Source: Octopus bimaculoides
Lineage: Eukaryota
Reading direction: 5' to 3'
Assembly (NCBI RefSeq): GCF_001194135.2
Contig: NC_068982.1
Coordinates: 68,475,262-68,539,261 of the forward strand
Length of the DNA stretch: 64,000 nt
The position numbers and the translations under genes were made by a program. The notes beneath the pieces are model-generated. The model searched no databases, was not told the DNA's origin, and saw nothing but the letters and a program-made list of their open reading frames with translations. This document shows, piece by piece, positions 24,227-38,197 of the stretch. The stretch's first letter is position 1; every line of letters begins with the position of its first letter.

Positions 24227-26590
24227 TCATACCACTGTTGATGTGGCTGAGAGTGGAAAATATCTATGACATAAGATCGATGAAGACACACGAGATATTA
24301 GTGAGGTCAGATGTGAGTGTTGAGCTTCACAGATGAAAAGACAGGAATGACAGTAGTCACAATGCACAGTATTGAAGAACTCTTCAACCAAAAGCCAACA
24401 TTAAAAGAATATCAATTTTTAATGATTATGAAATCGTTATGAAAAATATCTACAAAGTTGCAATTTACCTCTCAGAATATATTTATCTCCAATTCATTTC
24501 TAATTATAACAATATGAATAACAAATCTAAAACTGTTTTTCTATCAGTGTGAATTTTAGTTCCAGTCAAAGGTTGCAAATAAATCTTTTATCAAAAAGAA
24601 TATGAAACTGCCAACTTTAAACTACAATATGAAACGTAAAAAAAATAAGCATCAAAAGCAAAGGCTGACAAAAATATACCAAAAAAGGTGTGTGACTGCA
24701 TGCACGCATGTATTCTGCACAAAAACAAAAGCACAAGAACTTCATATGATCTTGGAATAATAACTGCTAAATTAATAATAATTCTAAAATAATCCTACTG
24801 AAATCATTAAAGCTAATATTATCATCACACTCATGCACTTTTATCAATAATCATATATATAATTCAAGGCAATGATAATTCCAGTTTGACCATTAAGACA
24901 AAATATATCCTTTGTTACTACTATATAGAAAGCAAGAAACAAAGAAATTCAACTTCATGAAAACCACTTTGAGAATAGTTAAATTATTATGAAAAATAAT
25001 GTGTGAAACTTCAAATATTTTCAAAAAATAAAAACAAACCAAACAGATATTTCCATATTTATTTTGTAAAATAATTTTAATCTCAGTCTAGTTAACTTTA
25101 ATTAAATCAAATTTAAATAATATTCTGATAGTATACCTATGTTTGTTATAAATTAGTCACTAGTATGATAACACTTTAAAAACCAAAATATGAATATCGA
25201 TTTTTTTTTTTTTAAACTTTTCAAATTTGATCACTATTCTTTAAAAAAAAAAATTTAGGGANNNNNNNNNNNNNNNNNNNNNNNNNNNNNNNNNNNNNNN
25301 NNNNNNNNNNNNNNNNNNNNNNNNNNNNNNNNNNNNNNNNNNNNNNNNNNNNNNNNNNNNNNNNNNNNNNNNNNNNNNNNNNNNNNNNNNNNNNNNNNNN
25401 NNAAAAAAAAAAAAAAAAACCAATGCTCAAAATATGAGATTAAATCCAAAGATCTTTTTGTTTCTACAGGATCAAAGAAAGAACTGATTGCAAGCTAATA
25501 CTCTTATATAACTAAGATTTTTTTTTTTTAATCATATCGTTTCAATGACAAAATTCAGTCAAGGAATAATCAGGTGAGGCTTAAGTGGAACTTAACATTT
25601 CTTAAAGAAAACTCTTTAGGGAATTCTTATTTCAAGGTTATAGCAGTGCAAGAATCTAATGAAAATATTTCAATAATGTATTGTATTAAACTTGAATATT
25701 TTCAATTAAATAAGTTAAGCTTAATTGTGATTAGACTATATTTTTTTTTTAATTATGAACCCTACATCATACCTTGAGATAACCTAACATGTTTATTTGG
25801 AATAAAAATGAAATACAGTGTAATAGTGTTTAGAAATAAAATAGAGTGAGAAAAAGATTTTAAAAAATAAGAAAATAATGTTAAGAATATGCAGTTAAAA
25901 TGAAAATAAATTAATGTCAATGCACTCAAGCTAGAATCCTAACAAATTATGCTATTAGAATTATATCAAAAATCAAATGTTATTACTTCTTGCCTCCCTC
26001 CCACCTCACCAAGAAAAAGTGCTAAAGATATTTAAAGGTGAGGGGAAAATAAATATAATTTTTTTTTTTTAATTATAAAATGCATGTATATAAGACAATA
26101 TCTATTTTACAGACGAGAAATTATTGTAACTATTTTTTCACATGTAATATTTTTAGGCATAAATTTACATATGACTATAAACAAGTTTGATCTGCCTTGT
26201 TTGTTGCAATCAATATGTGGAACATCTAAAACTATTTATGAAACAACAAAGCCAGAGTTTAAAATTAGAAATTTTTTTTTAAATGTTTGAGCATTAACAA
26301 CTATATTTGCACTATAAAACATACAACAAATATTGAGTTACTTATCCTTTAAAGTACATCTTATATCTAAAAACAAGGAAAAAGAGAAGAAAACATATAT
26401 TTTAAATTTAGAATAAACTGCGAAAAGGTGAATCCTTTTTCTGGTGTACAGTAATAAAGAGAATACTACTTATAAAGTACAATATATTTCAGGTAGATGA
26501 TGCGTTATCCATCTATCACTTAGAGTGAAAAAAGCTATAAAAGTATGTAAAATATGAACAAACCTATAACAACAGTAAATATATTATTAC

Positions 26591-26660
26591 CTTGCTGACT
26601 GTTTCTTCTTATTCGACAGCGGGAAGCAAGAGTTTTGTGTAAAAAGCTATTTCCAAGCAT
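26591..26660 (-). CDS. Candidate alternative first coding exon of REPS (MLGNSFLHKTLASRCRIRRNSQQ + G, phase 1 donor)
   Basis: First in-frame ATG after an upstream stop, in aaaacaATGc context. Donor CAAG|gtaata. Lies in a locally CpG-richer block with no recognisable TEs. No homology recognised; a prediction only. Confidence 0.35.
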
Positions 26661-28614
26661 TGTTTTAGAACCTTTAAGTTTCTTCTTAGTAATCAAAGTC
26701 TTTGTAACAAAGGGGAAAATGTCTATGAAAAAGTAGGCTAAATAGCAGTAAAACTGCTTGACTTGAGTAATTACAGCAGTAAAGAAGATGAATTTCAAGA
26801 ATACAGTTTCAGTAGTCAAACCTGAGCAATCGCCAATTAGGACTTAATTTTCACAAAAACCATTACAGTCACCAAAAATATTTATGAAACAAGCAAAAGA
26901 CAAAATTAGAATAAATTAACAGTGGAAAAGTAACAAAGTGATATACTGTAAGAACAGTAAACAGGAGTTATCCACTGACGCATCTGGCATGTGTAGGGAT
27001 TACTGCGGACAAAAGACACATTCAATAGAAAGCAAGGGACATAAAAAATGCAGTTGACAATAACGACAAACTCTGTTTTCTCTACAAGACAGAAAGAAAA
27101 GAGTAAATAAACTGCATGTGGGGGGAGGTTTATACTGAAGACGCAAATACACACAATAAATTTACAGAAACTCGTCAATTATAATACAGATAGGATAGCA
27201 GTAAAATAAAGGAGGTGGGAGAAGAGAAGTTGAATGAAAATACTGCATCTGATATCCAATAGAAGTAATTTAAGATAAGAGAATAGAGAGGGAAGGAATA
27301 ATAATAATAAGCTAAATTATAATAATAATAGTAATGTGGTCATCATCATCATCATCATCATCATAAGCATTTAAAAATAGAATAAGAGAGAAAAGAAAAG
27401 AAAATCTGCTTCTGTGAAGAAAATTATTACAAAGAAACCATTTGATTACAAAATAAATGAAAGTTATTTCTTTCAAGCTTGAAAGAAGCAATTGTATATA
27501 AATAATCAGCTTCAGCCTAGAGCAAAATAAGCAACTTAGATTGTAGGTGCGCAGGATAAAAGTGCTATATATTGTTTCTTTTTAAGAATGATATAAGAAA
27601 ATGAATGGAAGGGGCTCTCTGATTTCACAAAGAAATAGTGAAGGAGATACAGAGATGGACAAGAATAGAGCGAGAAATACAATGCAAATACAAGTAAGTG
27701 GTGTATGCTTGCTTACATATGCTTGTGTAAGCATACATGTGTATGCTTGCTATTTCATCAATATGATAAAAATTGGAAAGGTTTCTCATAGCTAGGGGGG
27801 GGGGGGGGTGAATAAAAAATGTTCACTTATTATTTATTGGTTGAAAGGTTCTGCAAATTTAAACATTTACATGACTAAATATAGCAATAAATTTCCAGGA
27901 AACTACGGTAAATTAAAATTTTTCAGAAGTGCACATTTTATTTGCATTTAGTTGGTTTTTAAGCATTTAGATCTCGAAAGCTTTCAGTTGTTTCTATTTT
28001 GGCAAGCTGTTATGAGAATCATTCTTGTAGAAATGATAGTAAAAATATATTTATTAATAACTAAACCAAAGAGTACATTTGAAGCCAATTTTTCAGCTTG
28101 ATTCAAATGAACTACTTTGTTTTGCATAAAATTGTCACCTTTACCTCCATATGAAAATACAAAATGGTGGTCTTATACATTTGACTTCACCAATGGAATT
28201 ATTTTCCTATAGATGACCTGAAACTTATGGCAAACCTGTAAAGCTGTGTTCATAACAATATCTGCTTTAATGATCTGCTTGTGACATCTCCTTTTCATAA
28301 TGGAAGCACTTAATGCAAAAACTGTCTAATTCTTGAGTGGATGAACAAATAACTATGGATATAGTTTGAGACAGTCAGCATCTATGCCTCTAAATAAAGG
28401 TTTACTTCAGAAAGAATGACACTGAAATACAATAAGCTTATTCTTATTCTTTTTAATTTTACACACACACACCACACAAGGAGGGAGTGAGAGAGAAACA
28501 GAAGAGGAAGATAGACAGACATCTTGATTACAAGCATATCAGTTTTCTTGTTTTGGGGTTTGTCTGTTGCTTTTTTTCCTCATGAAATGAACAGAAATGC
28601 ATGTATGAAAGTAA

Positions 28615-28850
28615 GGGAAAATTATACTCTTAATGCACGGATGCTTAGAACATCATCAATATTTAACCCCAGTTTTCATACTGGCATGGGTTGGCTGATT
28701 CAACAAGAGAACTAGCAACCTAGAGGACTGTGCTAAACTCCAGGGACTGCTTTAGTATGGTTTCTATGGCTGGATGCTCTTCCTAATGCCAACCACTTTA
28801 TAAAGTATATCAGGTACTTTTTATGTGACACAAACACCAATGAGACATGT
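28615..28850 (-). mobile_element. Degenerate RTE tail copy
   Basis: ggctggatgctcttcctaatgccaaccact = reverse complement of the tail core. Confidence 0.65.
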
Positions 28851-29199
28851 CAACGTCTGCTTATGACCACACAAACATCTAAAACAATTAGCAAAAGTAT
28901 AGTTCATGCTACTAAGTTATACTTGCATGCAAGTGATGGCTATGGTGCCAAGATGCCAATGGCAACAATATTTTGGTACCAAAAAGCTCAGATCATAATG
29001 TAACACATTAAACCTGAAATCCTCAAAAACAATGAAGCATCACAGAACTAAAACATTTATAGGGGGTATCTGCAAAGAGACCCAACACAAAACTAAACTT
29101 TTCCAGTGGAATGAGGGTTCAACAACAGACTTATTCCACAGTTCCAAACACACAGGCATTACATTACACAGCTCAAGGTACAACCTCACTCTATTTAAT

Positions 29200-29400
29200 C
29201 CTTGTTCATCTACCCATGACATCACACATGATTGTGTCCTGGAATGGACATATTCATGAGTGATACACTGTATATTACTGACTATCTCTAAGACTAAAGC
29301 AACATGAAATGAAGTGCCTTGCTCAGGGAGACAATACACTGCCCAGTCCAGGAATCAAACTCATGACCATATGATCCAGCACCCTAACCACTAGGCCACA
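29200..29400 (-). mobile_element. tRNA-derived SINE (tgtggcctagtggttagg head); related plus copy at about 35440-35700
   Basis: A-box and B-box (gagtttgattcc) on the minus strand; shared cttcatttca..ttgct motif. Confidence 0.6.
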
Positions 29401-30602
29401 CAAGTTTACATCTTAACACAAAGACATAACTATCAAGATAATTATGTCTTTGTGCAAATTCTCTTTTTTTTTTATGGTAACAGGTTAAGTCTGGTACTTA
29501 TTCTATAAGTTGCTTTGCCAAACCACTAAATTACAATGGCACAAACAAACCAATACTGCTTGGCAAGCAGCAAGGCAGGATCTTGACAAACACACACATA
29601 CATACACATATAATAGGCTTCCGCACAGTTTCCAGTTACCAAATTCAGACACAAGGCATTGGCTGGCTGGGGGCTACATTAGGTACTGCACAATGGGATT
29701 GAACTAGGAACCATATAGTTGCAAAACAACCACATCCATCATCCTTTTTTAATATGCAAAATAAGCAAAACATGTACAAGAGAAAATATGCATCCTACAT
29801 AAATAGAAAGAGGAACAATAGTAATTTTTTTTAATATTGTTCTTTATATTTCAATATTTCTCTTTGTACACACTTTTTCAATTTATATGTAAAATTTTTA
29901 ATTCACGTTACATATACATGTATATAAACAAATACATTATAATTTCAAGTTAATTACTTTTGTAGCCTTAAAATGACATTTATTCAGTAGTTATTACTCA
30001 AAGTTGTACAGAAAGAAATCTGAACCAAACTGAAGTTATGCCAAGTATTTATTTATTCAGTTATTTACTATATGTTCTTATTGTGCTAAAATTATTTTCT
30101 TTGAGTTAAGAGGGTAAACAAACAATTCTATTGTTAGAACAGTTAACCGTTGTACTATAAACTTTTGTTATTTTGTAACTAAACCAAGTTGACATCACAT
30201 CATGACTATATTAATGTAAAAGTTATCAAAATATCCCCATATGTTACAAACATTACCTAAATCATTTCAGTTTTTGTTGTTATGTTTTATCAAGATCCAT
30301 AGAAAAAAGGCAACATAATGCATTGCTAAATGCAATGAAGTTAGTGATATAAGAAAATAATTTTGGGTGGCAGGCTTTATCTATGGCTCAGCTTAAAACA
30401 CCATCACCTGACCATGGGGTGCATTTAACACAGTCTACTCTGTTGCAAGTAATCGAAATTGCTTTCTGATCTTAGATTATGGAGATCTAGCTCCACCACA
30501 CACATACTCCGAACCACCTTTTCCCACCAGTTCAGAGGCCCAGCGAAAAACTCATGGCTGTTGTCCTTCCTCCATTGAATAAAGTATCACAATTTTTACA
30601 TG

Positions 30603-31008
30603 CATGGCTATGTAGTTAAGAAGCTGCTTTGCAAACACATGGTTTCAAGTTCAGTCACACTATGCAGCACCTTGGGCAAGTGTCTTCTACTATAACCCCA
30701 GGCTGACCAGTGCTTTGTGAGTGAATTTGGTTGATGGAAATTCTATGGAAGCCTATCATATGCACATGTGTATATGTATATATGTTAGTTTATACATACC
30801 TATACATACATGTGTGTCTTTGTGTTTGCCCCACCACCATCGCCTGACAACCTGTGTGGGTTTGCTTATGTCCTTGCAACTTAGCAGTTTAGCAAAAAAG
30901 ACAAATAAAATAAGTGCCAGACTTAAATACTGACAGTTTGTTTCTAAACTCTTCAAGGCAATACCCTAGCATAGCTGTAGTCCAATGAGCGAAGAGAGTA
31001 AAGATAAA
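30603..31008 (+). mobile_element. tRNA-derived SINE, same family as 46538-46945
   Basis: caccttgggcaagtgtcttctactata core and cttagcagttt..gcaaaa 3' part. Confidence 0.78.
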
Positions 31009-33702
31009 AAAAATATACAGACTTTCAATATCATATATTAAAATGACAAACATCAAGATAGATGTACATATTTAATACAAAGTACATATTTGTAGAAACA
31101 GTTATGAAAACTCAAGAGATGACATATTCTGTTTAGGATCAAATTATTCTTCAGTTAAACTTAAGAGAATAGCTCTTAAAACAAATTAACTTTTACAACT
31201 GTCCTCAACAATCCCAGACAGTAAAACAAATTATAAATATTGGGGTTAATTCCTAAAAGCTAGGCAACTGGACTGTAAAATCTAGTAATTAACTTCAATA
31301 TACATAAACATATTTGAATACATTTTGGTCTTTCTGTGAGATGATTATACACTAAGCTTTGGATGCAAGTCATCTACTTCAACAGTTACTAACTGGAAAT
31401 CACAGAAACTTCAACTGAAAATGGAAATAAAAAAAATAAAAAAAAAAAAAGACTCCAGCTCCCTTATCAAGATCAATGACAAGGGGATAAAGTAATTTGA
31501 TTGGCTTAGAGGAAGACCATGACTGGCTGTTGTTATGTGGCCCCAAATCAATCCTCACCAAATAGTCCTATGGTACACAGTAGTTGAACACAAAACAAGG
31601 AATGATCCAGAGAGCCATTTTACCCACTATCTATCTATCTATNNNNNNNNNNNNNNNNNNNNNNNNNNNNNNNNNNNNNNNNNNNNNNNNNNNNNNNNNN
31701 NNNNNNNNNNNNNNNNNNNNNNNNNNNNNNNNNNNNNNNNNNNNNNNNNNNNNNNNNNNNNNNNNNNNNNNNNNNNNNNNNNNNNNNNNNNNNNNNNNNN
31801 NNNNNNNNNNNNNNNNNNNNNNNNNNNNNNNNNNNNNNNNNNNNNNNNNNNNNNNNNNNNNNNNNNNNNNNNNNNNNNNNNNNNNNNNNNNNNNNNNNNN
31901 NNNNNNNNNNNNNNNNNNNNNNNNNNNNNNNNNNNNNNNNNNNNNNNNCTTACACACACTTCCTGTTTTGACACCACACTTCCTGCTTAACACATAAACC
32001 TTTAGCTCCTTTTTTAAACCTTACACAACTCTCAATTTTCATGCATCCTTATTTTTCCAACTATTATCTACATGGATTACCATTGAACTTTAAAAGCTCA
32101 AAGACAATATAATGTATTGGTATATTTATTTTTTATATATTATTTTTTTCATTTTTTACTTTTTTGTAAAGAACATTTTCATTCTCCCTCTTCTTGAAAA
32201 TTTGCCATGCAATGAAAGCCGGTTAGAAATCTATATTAAAATATGCTTTCAGTTTAGCATTCTGCCTTATTATTATTTTTCATTTTCCTATTATTTCTCC
32301 ACGTGCGGTTAACACAACCCCACTATTTATTGACTTATATATGTACACAAAACAAAGGATGTCAGTGTGTGTATGTAGAATGCATGCATTTCCACAGTTT
32401 TCAACCGGTTTTCACCTAACTTTACACACATTAATTATGTACCAAGGATGGTCATGCATTATAACATTTTGTCCAGCATTGAGAAGCAGAATGGAAGTAC
32501 CAGTGTCTACTAGATTCAAAAGAGCCAGTTAATGTGTTAGCATCAAAGTCAACCATTTGTTTATGTGGACAGCGATTGTATATCACCTGAGAAAATACAG
32601 CTGGAACCCATTATACAGGTAAACAGTTGCTTAATTTCAATCCTGTGCATATGTGGATCCACGATGTATTAAAACATATGTAGCATTTATTCCATAGCTG
32701 TCAAAACATATTCCTCCCTGTTGACTCTATATACTCAACTTTTCTTTTTCACCTACGATTAATGCAACAGATTAAAAACCCAGAGGTCCGCCAAATACCA
32801 CTGAGTAACCATCTGGCAACATGTGGTCGAAAAACTTTTATGATATTTCCATACCATAAACTTTGCAGCCTGAATGAAATTGAGAGAAAAACGGAAAGGA
32901 AAGGACTTAATTAAGAAATTCAAACCCACTCTTAACAAACAATGATTAAATTAATCTTACTTGGGGTTTAAAAATTTTATCCCTATAACTGAAACACAAA
33001 AAATCTCTCAAATGTTATCATTTCTAAAAATAAACATTGAAAAATGGTTTGGCATCATCTCTAAAAATAGCCAAACACCTACTGCTGCTGTCCAAAGGAA
33101 TGTGTATAAAAGACAAAAGGACAGCCAGTCAACTACAGTACATCTGTCAGACGGGACTTTGATAACTGCTATAAAGCAGGAAAGTATACTAGTCCTTATA
33201 TATTTAATACTCAATATTTCACATATTCAATAAGACATTCAATACTTCATTTCATTTTACTATTTATATTATATATTCCATATTCTATATCCCACAATAA
33301 TTTTATAAGAATATAAATAAAACATAAAAAACAGACAGAGTTAGAACTCTTAAATAATATATTCCTCTATACACTATCATACAAACCCCTTTTTATTTTT
33401 TTATATATATATACTCTNNNNNNNNNNNNNNNNNNNNNNNNNNNNNNNNNNNNNNNNNNNNNNNNNNNNNNNNNNNNNNNNNNNNNNNNNNNNNNNNNNN
33501 NNNNNNNNNNNNNNNNNNNNNNNNNNNNNNNNNNNNNNNNNNNNNNNNNNNNNNNNNNNNNNNNNNNNNNNNNNNNNNNNNNNNNNNNNNNNNNNNNNNN
33601 NNNNNNNNNNNNNNNNNNNNNNNNNNNNNNNNNNNNNNNNNNNNNNNNNNNNNNNNNNNNNNNNNNNNNNNNNNNNNNNNNNNNNNNNNNNNNNNNNNNN
33701 NN

Positions 33703-34033
33703 CATACATACATACACACATACATACAAATACAACACACATACATATATACATACACATGCACACACACATACATATATATACATATATATATATACAT
33801 ACACACACATATACATATATATATACATACATACACACTTATATACATACACATACATACACACACTTACATACATACACATATGTATAAATATATATAC
33901 ATACATATACATACATACACATACATACACACACATACATATATATATATACACATACAGATATATAGATATATATATATACATAAAGATATATAGATAT
34001 ACATAAAGATATATACATACATATATATACATA

Positions 34034-34065
<32 letters not shown>

Positions 34066-34207
34066 ATTAAGGGATCCCTTAATTATATTTATAAATATAT
34101 GAACTTTTGAATAAGTTCTCCACCAATAGTGGTGCTTTCATACCGATGGGCTTGGTAAAAATTATTAATTGATTTATTAATTAATAAATTGATAATCCTT
34201 TACCCTT

Positions 34208-34266
<59 letters not shown>
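33703..34266. repeat. Compound (TACA)/(TA)/(CA) microsatellite next to a gap
   Basis: Direct reading; source of the spurious YIYV-type ORFs. Confidence 0.95.
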
Positions 34267-34276
<10 letters not shown>

Positions 34277-34449
34277 AAAAAAATATTTTACTCATGTTAT
34301 TCCCATAATATTTAGCACGTGACTGAGGGAGCAGCCATTTACACAGGAATAGGAAGGATTAAACATCATGTCAATAGGTATTCTTCTTTTGTTAATTTTT
34401 TCACAAGATTTTTTACTAGTTTTATTCAATAAATTTATAACTTACACAT

Positions 34450-34950
34450 GAAAAGAAGTAGTTTTTGTTGCGTACAGAGATAAGAAACCATTAAATGTTT
34501 TCCACCATGTTTCTGCTGCAGCCACAATATTTCCACAAGATTTGGTTCAACACGAATGGTATTATCTACATATTTGAAGATAAATACTGCCCCCAGTGAA
34601 AAATCCATCGTCTTTATTTCATAGCTGCTCTTGCTTCTAAATATTTCAATGCATTTGGTACTACAAAACTACCCATGGTAGCTTTTTTGTTTCCTTTATA
34701 CAAAATTGAGATCCTAGCTACAGCCTCCCTGCATAAGTTAGTCTCTAGATATTGCTAGTTTTGTGTGTTTTCTGCTGCTAAGAGGAGTGTTAGTCACTGC
34801 AAGTGTCGATATTTATGACTTTTTGATTTTACTTTTCCTCATGCTGAACATTCCCACCAGTTCTTTTCAGTTTCTGCAATGGAAACCAGGTCATCAGCAA
34901 TTTACCACATCTTAGTTCACGTTTACAGAACACCAGAGTTGTGTGGATTA
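34450..34950 (-). mobile_element. Highly degenerate RT-bearing LINE fragment
   Basis: Minus-strand ADDLVSIAETEK (YADD-like motif) near 34870-34900. Confidence 0.4.
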
Positions 34951-37704
34951 TTTTCTAACACTTATGCTATAATTTGGACATTTAAGACACGTATTTATGG
35001 CAGACACTTTTGCTTATGCACACGAATATATATTTAACAAAGGGTCTAATTTCAGCTCTTACCAAAGAATAATTAGCAATGAATGATCTTAATAGTATTA
35101 ATGACAGAGACAAAAGGCTGTTCTCTACACTAATAATGCATACAGTCTTATGAACTGAGAGGAAAGATGAAGAGAGATTTTTCAGCCATAATAACTGGAA
35201 GCCTTTGTTGTTAACACATGAGTGAAAGAAGTAAGGAGGAGGGAATAATGAATTCTACATAAACACAAAATATCACCTTTCAGAATGAAGTTGGTATGTA
35301 GAGCATAGCCTGGACAGCAATGATGGTTTAGTGATAGAGGGCAAGAGATATGTCATCTAATAATGTGCAGTTTACTTGTTACTAAATGTGAATAGAGTCA
35401 CAGCTGGGCTAAAACTCCATGGGTAATAGGAAAGAGAATGAAAGTGTGTGGCCTAGTATTTAGGGTGTTGCATTCACAAACATAAGACTGCAGTTCTGAT
35501 TCCTGGACTGGACAGTGCAAAACACATCATTTCATATTGCTCCAGTTCACTCAGCTGTAAAGGAGTTCAAGCAATAGCTGGGAAGTTAACTATGATAGAC
35601 TGGCATTATGTTCATTGGGTGATTCTTGTTATCTCAGTTACATATACACTATGGAAACTGAGTTAAGCCTTATGAATTCTAAGGCTCGACAGACCCTAAT
35701 TAGCAAAAAGGAGGATGAATCATCAACAAAAGTGCTTCTTGTTCACTTCTGCAGACTTAGTCATAGTTGTAAATCAAGTTAAATGTTTAGTGAATGTGAA
35801 AGAACACAATATTTACCATTTGCCACCAAACTTCGTTGATGTTCTCTAAACAAATAGAAATTAATAACCTCAGGTTGACCTCAAGCCTCGAAAAAATCCT
35901 CAGCTTGCTAGAGAGAGACACAAGTAAGAAGCTAGAGAGTGTCACTAATAAGAAGCTAGAGACAAGTTCAAGATTATATGCCTGTTGGTAAGGTAGTATT
36001 CTCAGGTGTTACTCTTTATCAAGCTGCAAGTCTTCACAATAAGACCCTCTCCACTAGTATCCATTGGACTATACAAAATAATCTACATAAAAGAAGTATT
36101 ACATGAAGATACTGTATTATTCTGGTCTAAGTTCTTGCAAAAAGTAAACTCTGCTAAAGGTATCAAGAGCCAGAAGGTGATGGTCTTGATGGCCCCATGG
36201 GAGCCTTAATTAAGGAAACCTACACTCAAAGGTATTCCAGCCCTGAACATCGTGTATTTGTAGGGATATTTAAAACTATTTAATGTGTCCTTCCCTTCCC
36301 ACCACCACCACAGTGAGGTGTGATTTCAAGGGGATTTGGCAGCTATTTCTAGTAGGTCAAATGACAATAGCAGCAAAGAGACTCACACTGGTTTAAAGTG
36401 GTGGTTTTAAAATGGGCAGTATGTTAGATATCCTCTCACAAAAATGCAGAAGTTGTGATATCATCAGGTCGGTTGTGAGTAATTTTGTTTTTTTGAGAGA
36501 GATCTGACTGCTCTTTTTTAGAAGGCCAGGCAACCACATATAGGAACTTTTGTGTCTTTATGATTATGTACAAGCCATCAACATTTTAACTGCTAGTCCA
36601 ATACCCTCAACTAATGCAACTCATGCTATAAAAATACAACATACTGAAGGTAAATGGACACGAAATAATGACCTTTACACAAACTAACCAACTTGACTTT
36701 TCATATTAAAGAAGAAAATAAATAAGTAACTGCTCCTCCCCAAATCATTGGAAATCAAAGCTGAGCTTATTTTTTAATTAAGATATTGACCTAATCTTCA
36801 TTCTTTACATTTAAAATTAGTTATTTCACATTAACATAAATATTTCTGCTCACTTTCCCTTAAAATTAAAAAAAGTTCCAACTTCTAAAGCAAATTTTCA
36901 CATAGAAAATTCAAATAAACTCACACACACACACACACAGTGTGTGTGTTGCATACATGTATAATTACACATATTCACATAAGTTAGAAATGCTGATTTG
37001 AGCCAATAATTCTTTTGGGGAGTGGAGATAAGTTGACTACAATGGTTCAGTGCTTGTCTGGTACATTGTCTTTAATCTTTTCAGGATTAATAAAGTTGAT
37101 CTTGATGGGATTTGAACTCGGGATGTAAAGAGTTGGAAGAAATTCCACTAAGTGCATTTTGTCCAATGTGCTACCAATTCTGTTTGCTCACTTTGTGCCA
37201 ATAATGCAATTCAATAGCCACCAATAGATTTATAGAAATTGAAGCTAAATTAGCAGTTGTTCAACTGTACCTTGTCATACAGTGGAAACCTCTACCTCAT
37301 CTCTCTGAAGTTACCATCTTCAGTGACTTCAGTGCATATCCTTTCATCTGGCTTTCACACTACTACTTCTACATTAACATAGCTTCGCCTCACTATGTCT
37401 TTTATTGATACGTCAACTCTCTAAACACTTAACTTCTTTCTGATCAGTAAACAAAGCCATTACATAGCCACCATCACATCGTTCTATTCACAGCAACCCA
37501 TGCCACATTTTTCTATCCCACAACAGATCCTGCAACCAAACCATCCAATTCTATGTTAATCTATCCTTGGCAAAAATGTGATTCACTCTGACATATCCAA
37601 GATAGCTAAGTAGATGACTTACATCTACCTCTTATGCATGTCTTTCATATACCAAAGCACTCAGGAAGCCTACTAGAAACAGAAACCAAGTAATCTTCAT
37701 TCTT

Positions 37705-38197
37705 TTACTCTTTTACTTGTTTCAGTCATTTGACTGCGGCCATGCTGGAGCACCGCCTTTTAGTCGAACAAACAAACTCCAGGACTTATTCTTTGTTAGC
37801 TTAGTACTTATTCTATCGGTCTCTTTTGCCGAACTGCTAAGTTACGGGGACGTAAATACACCAGCATCGGTTGTCAAGCGATGGTGGGAGGACAAACACA
37901 GACACACACACACACATATATATAACTGCCCTAACTCTTCAAAACACTTAGTGTAGAATGGTGGCAGCTGATGAAGGAAATGTTCTCTATGTGGCCTGTG
38001 TGTTTTCTGTGCTCTGTTTATGTTCTGTTTTTCATTTTGTCCATGTTTTTTTTTTTTGTGACGTCCTGTACCCAGATATGCATCTATATATACATGTAGA
38101 TGTAGGTATGTACATACATATACGTATATATGCATATACTCACATATTATTTGTATTATATATATATATATATACACGACGGGCTTCTTTCAGTTTC
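37705..38197 (-). mobile_element. tRNA-SINE body (46538 family), head missing, interrupted
   Basis: Reverse complement of ccagcatggccgcagtcaaatgactgaaacaagtaaaagagtaa tail and gaaactgaaagaagcccgtcgt. Confidence 0.8.

Noticed and set aside
33367-34032. Tyr/Ile/Val/Cys/Met-rich ORFs (also 244-489, 23872-24057, 37842-38177)
   Set aside because: Translations of TA/CA/TG microsatellites.
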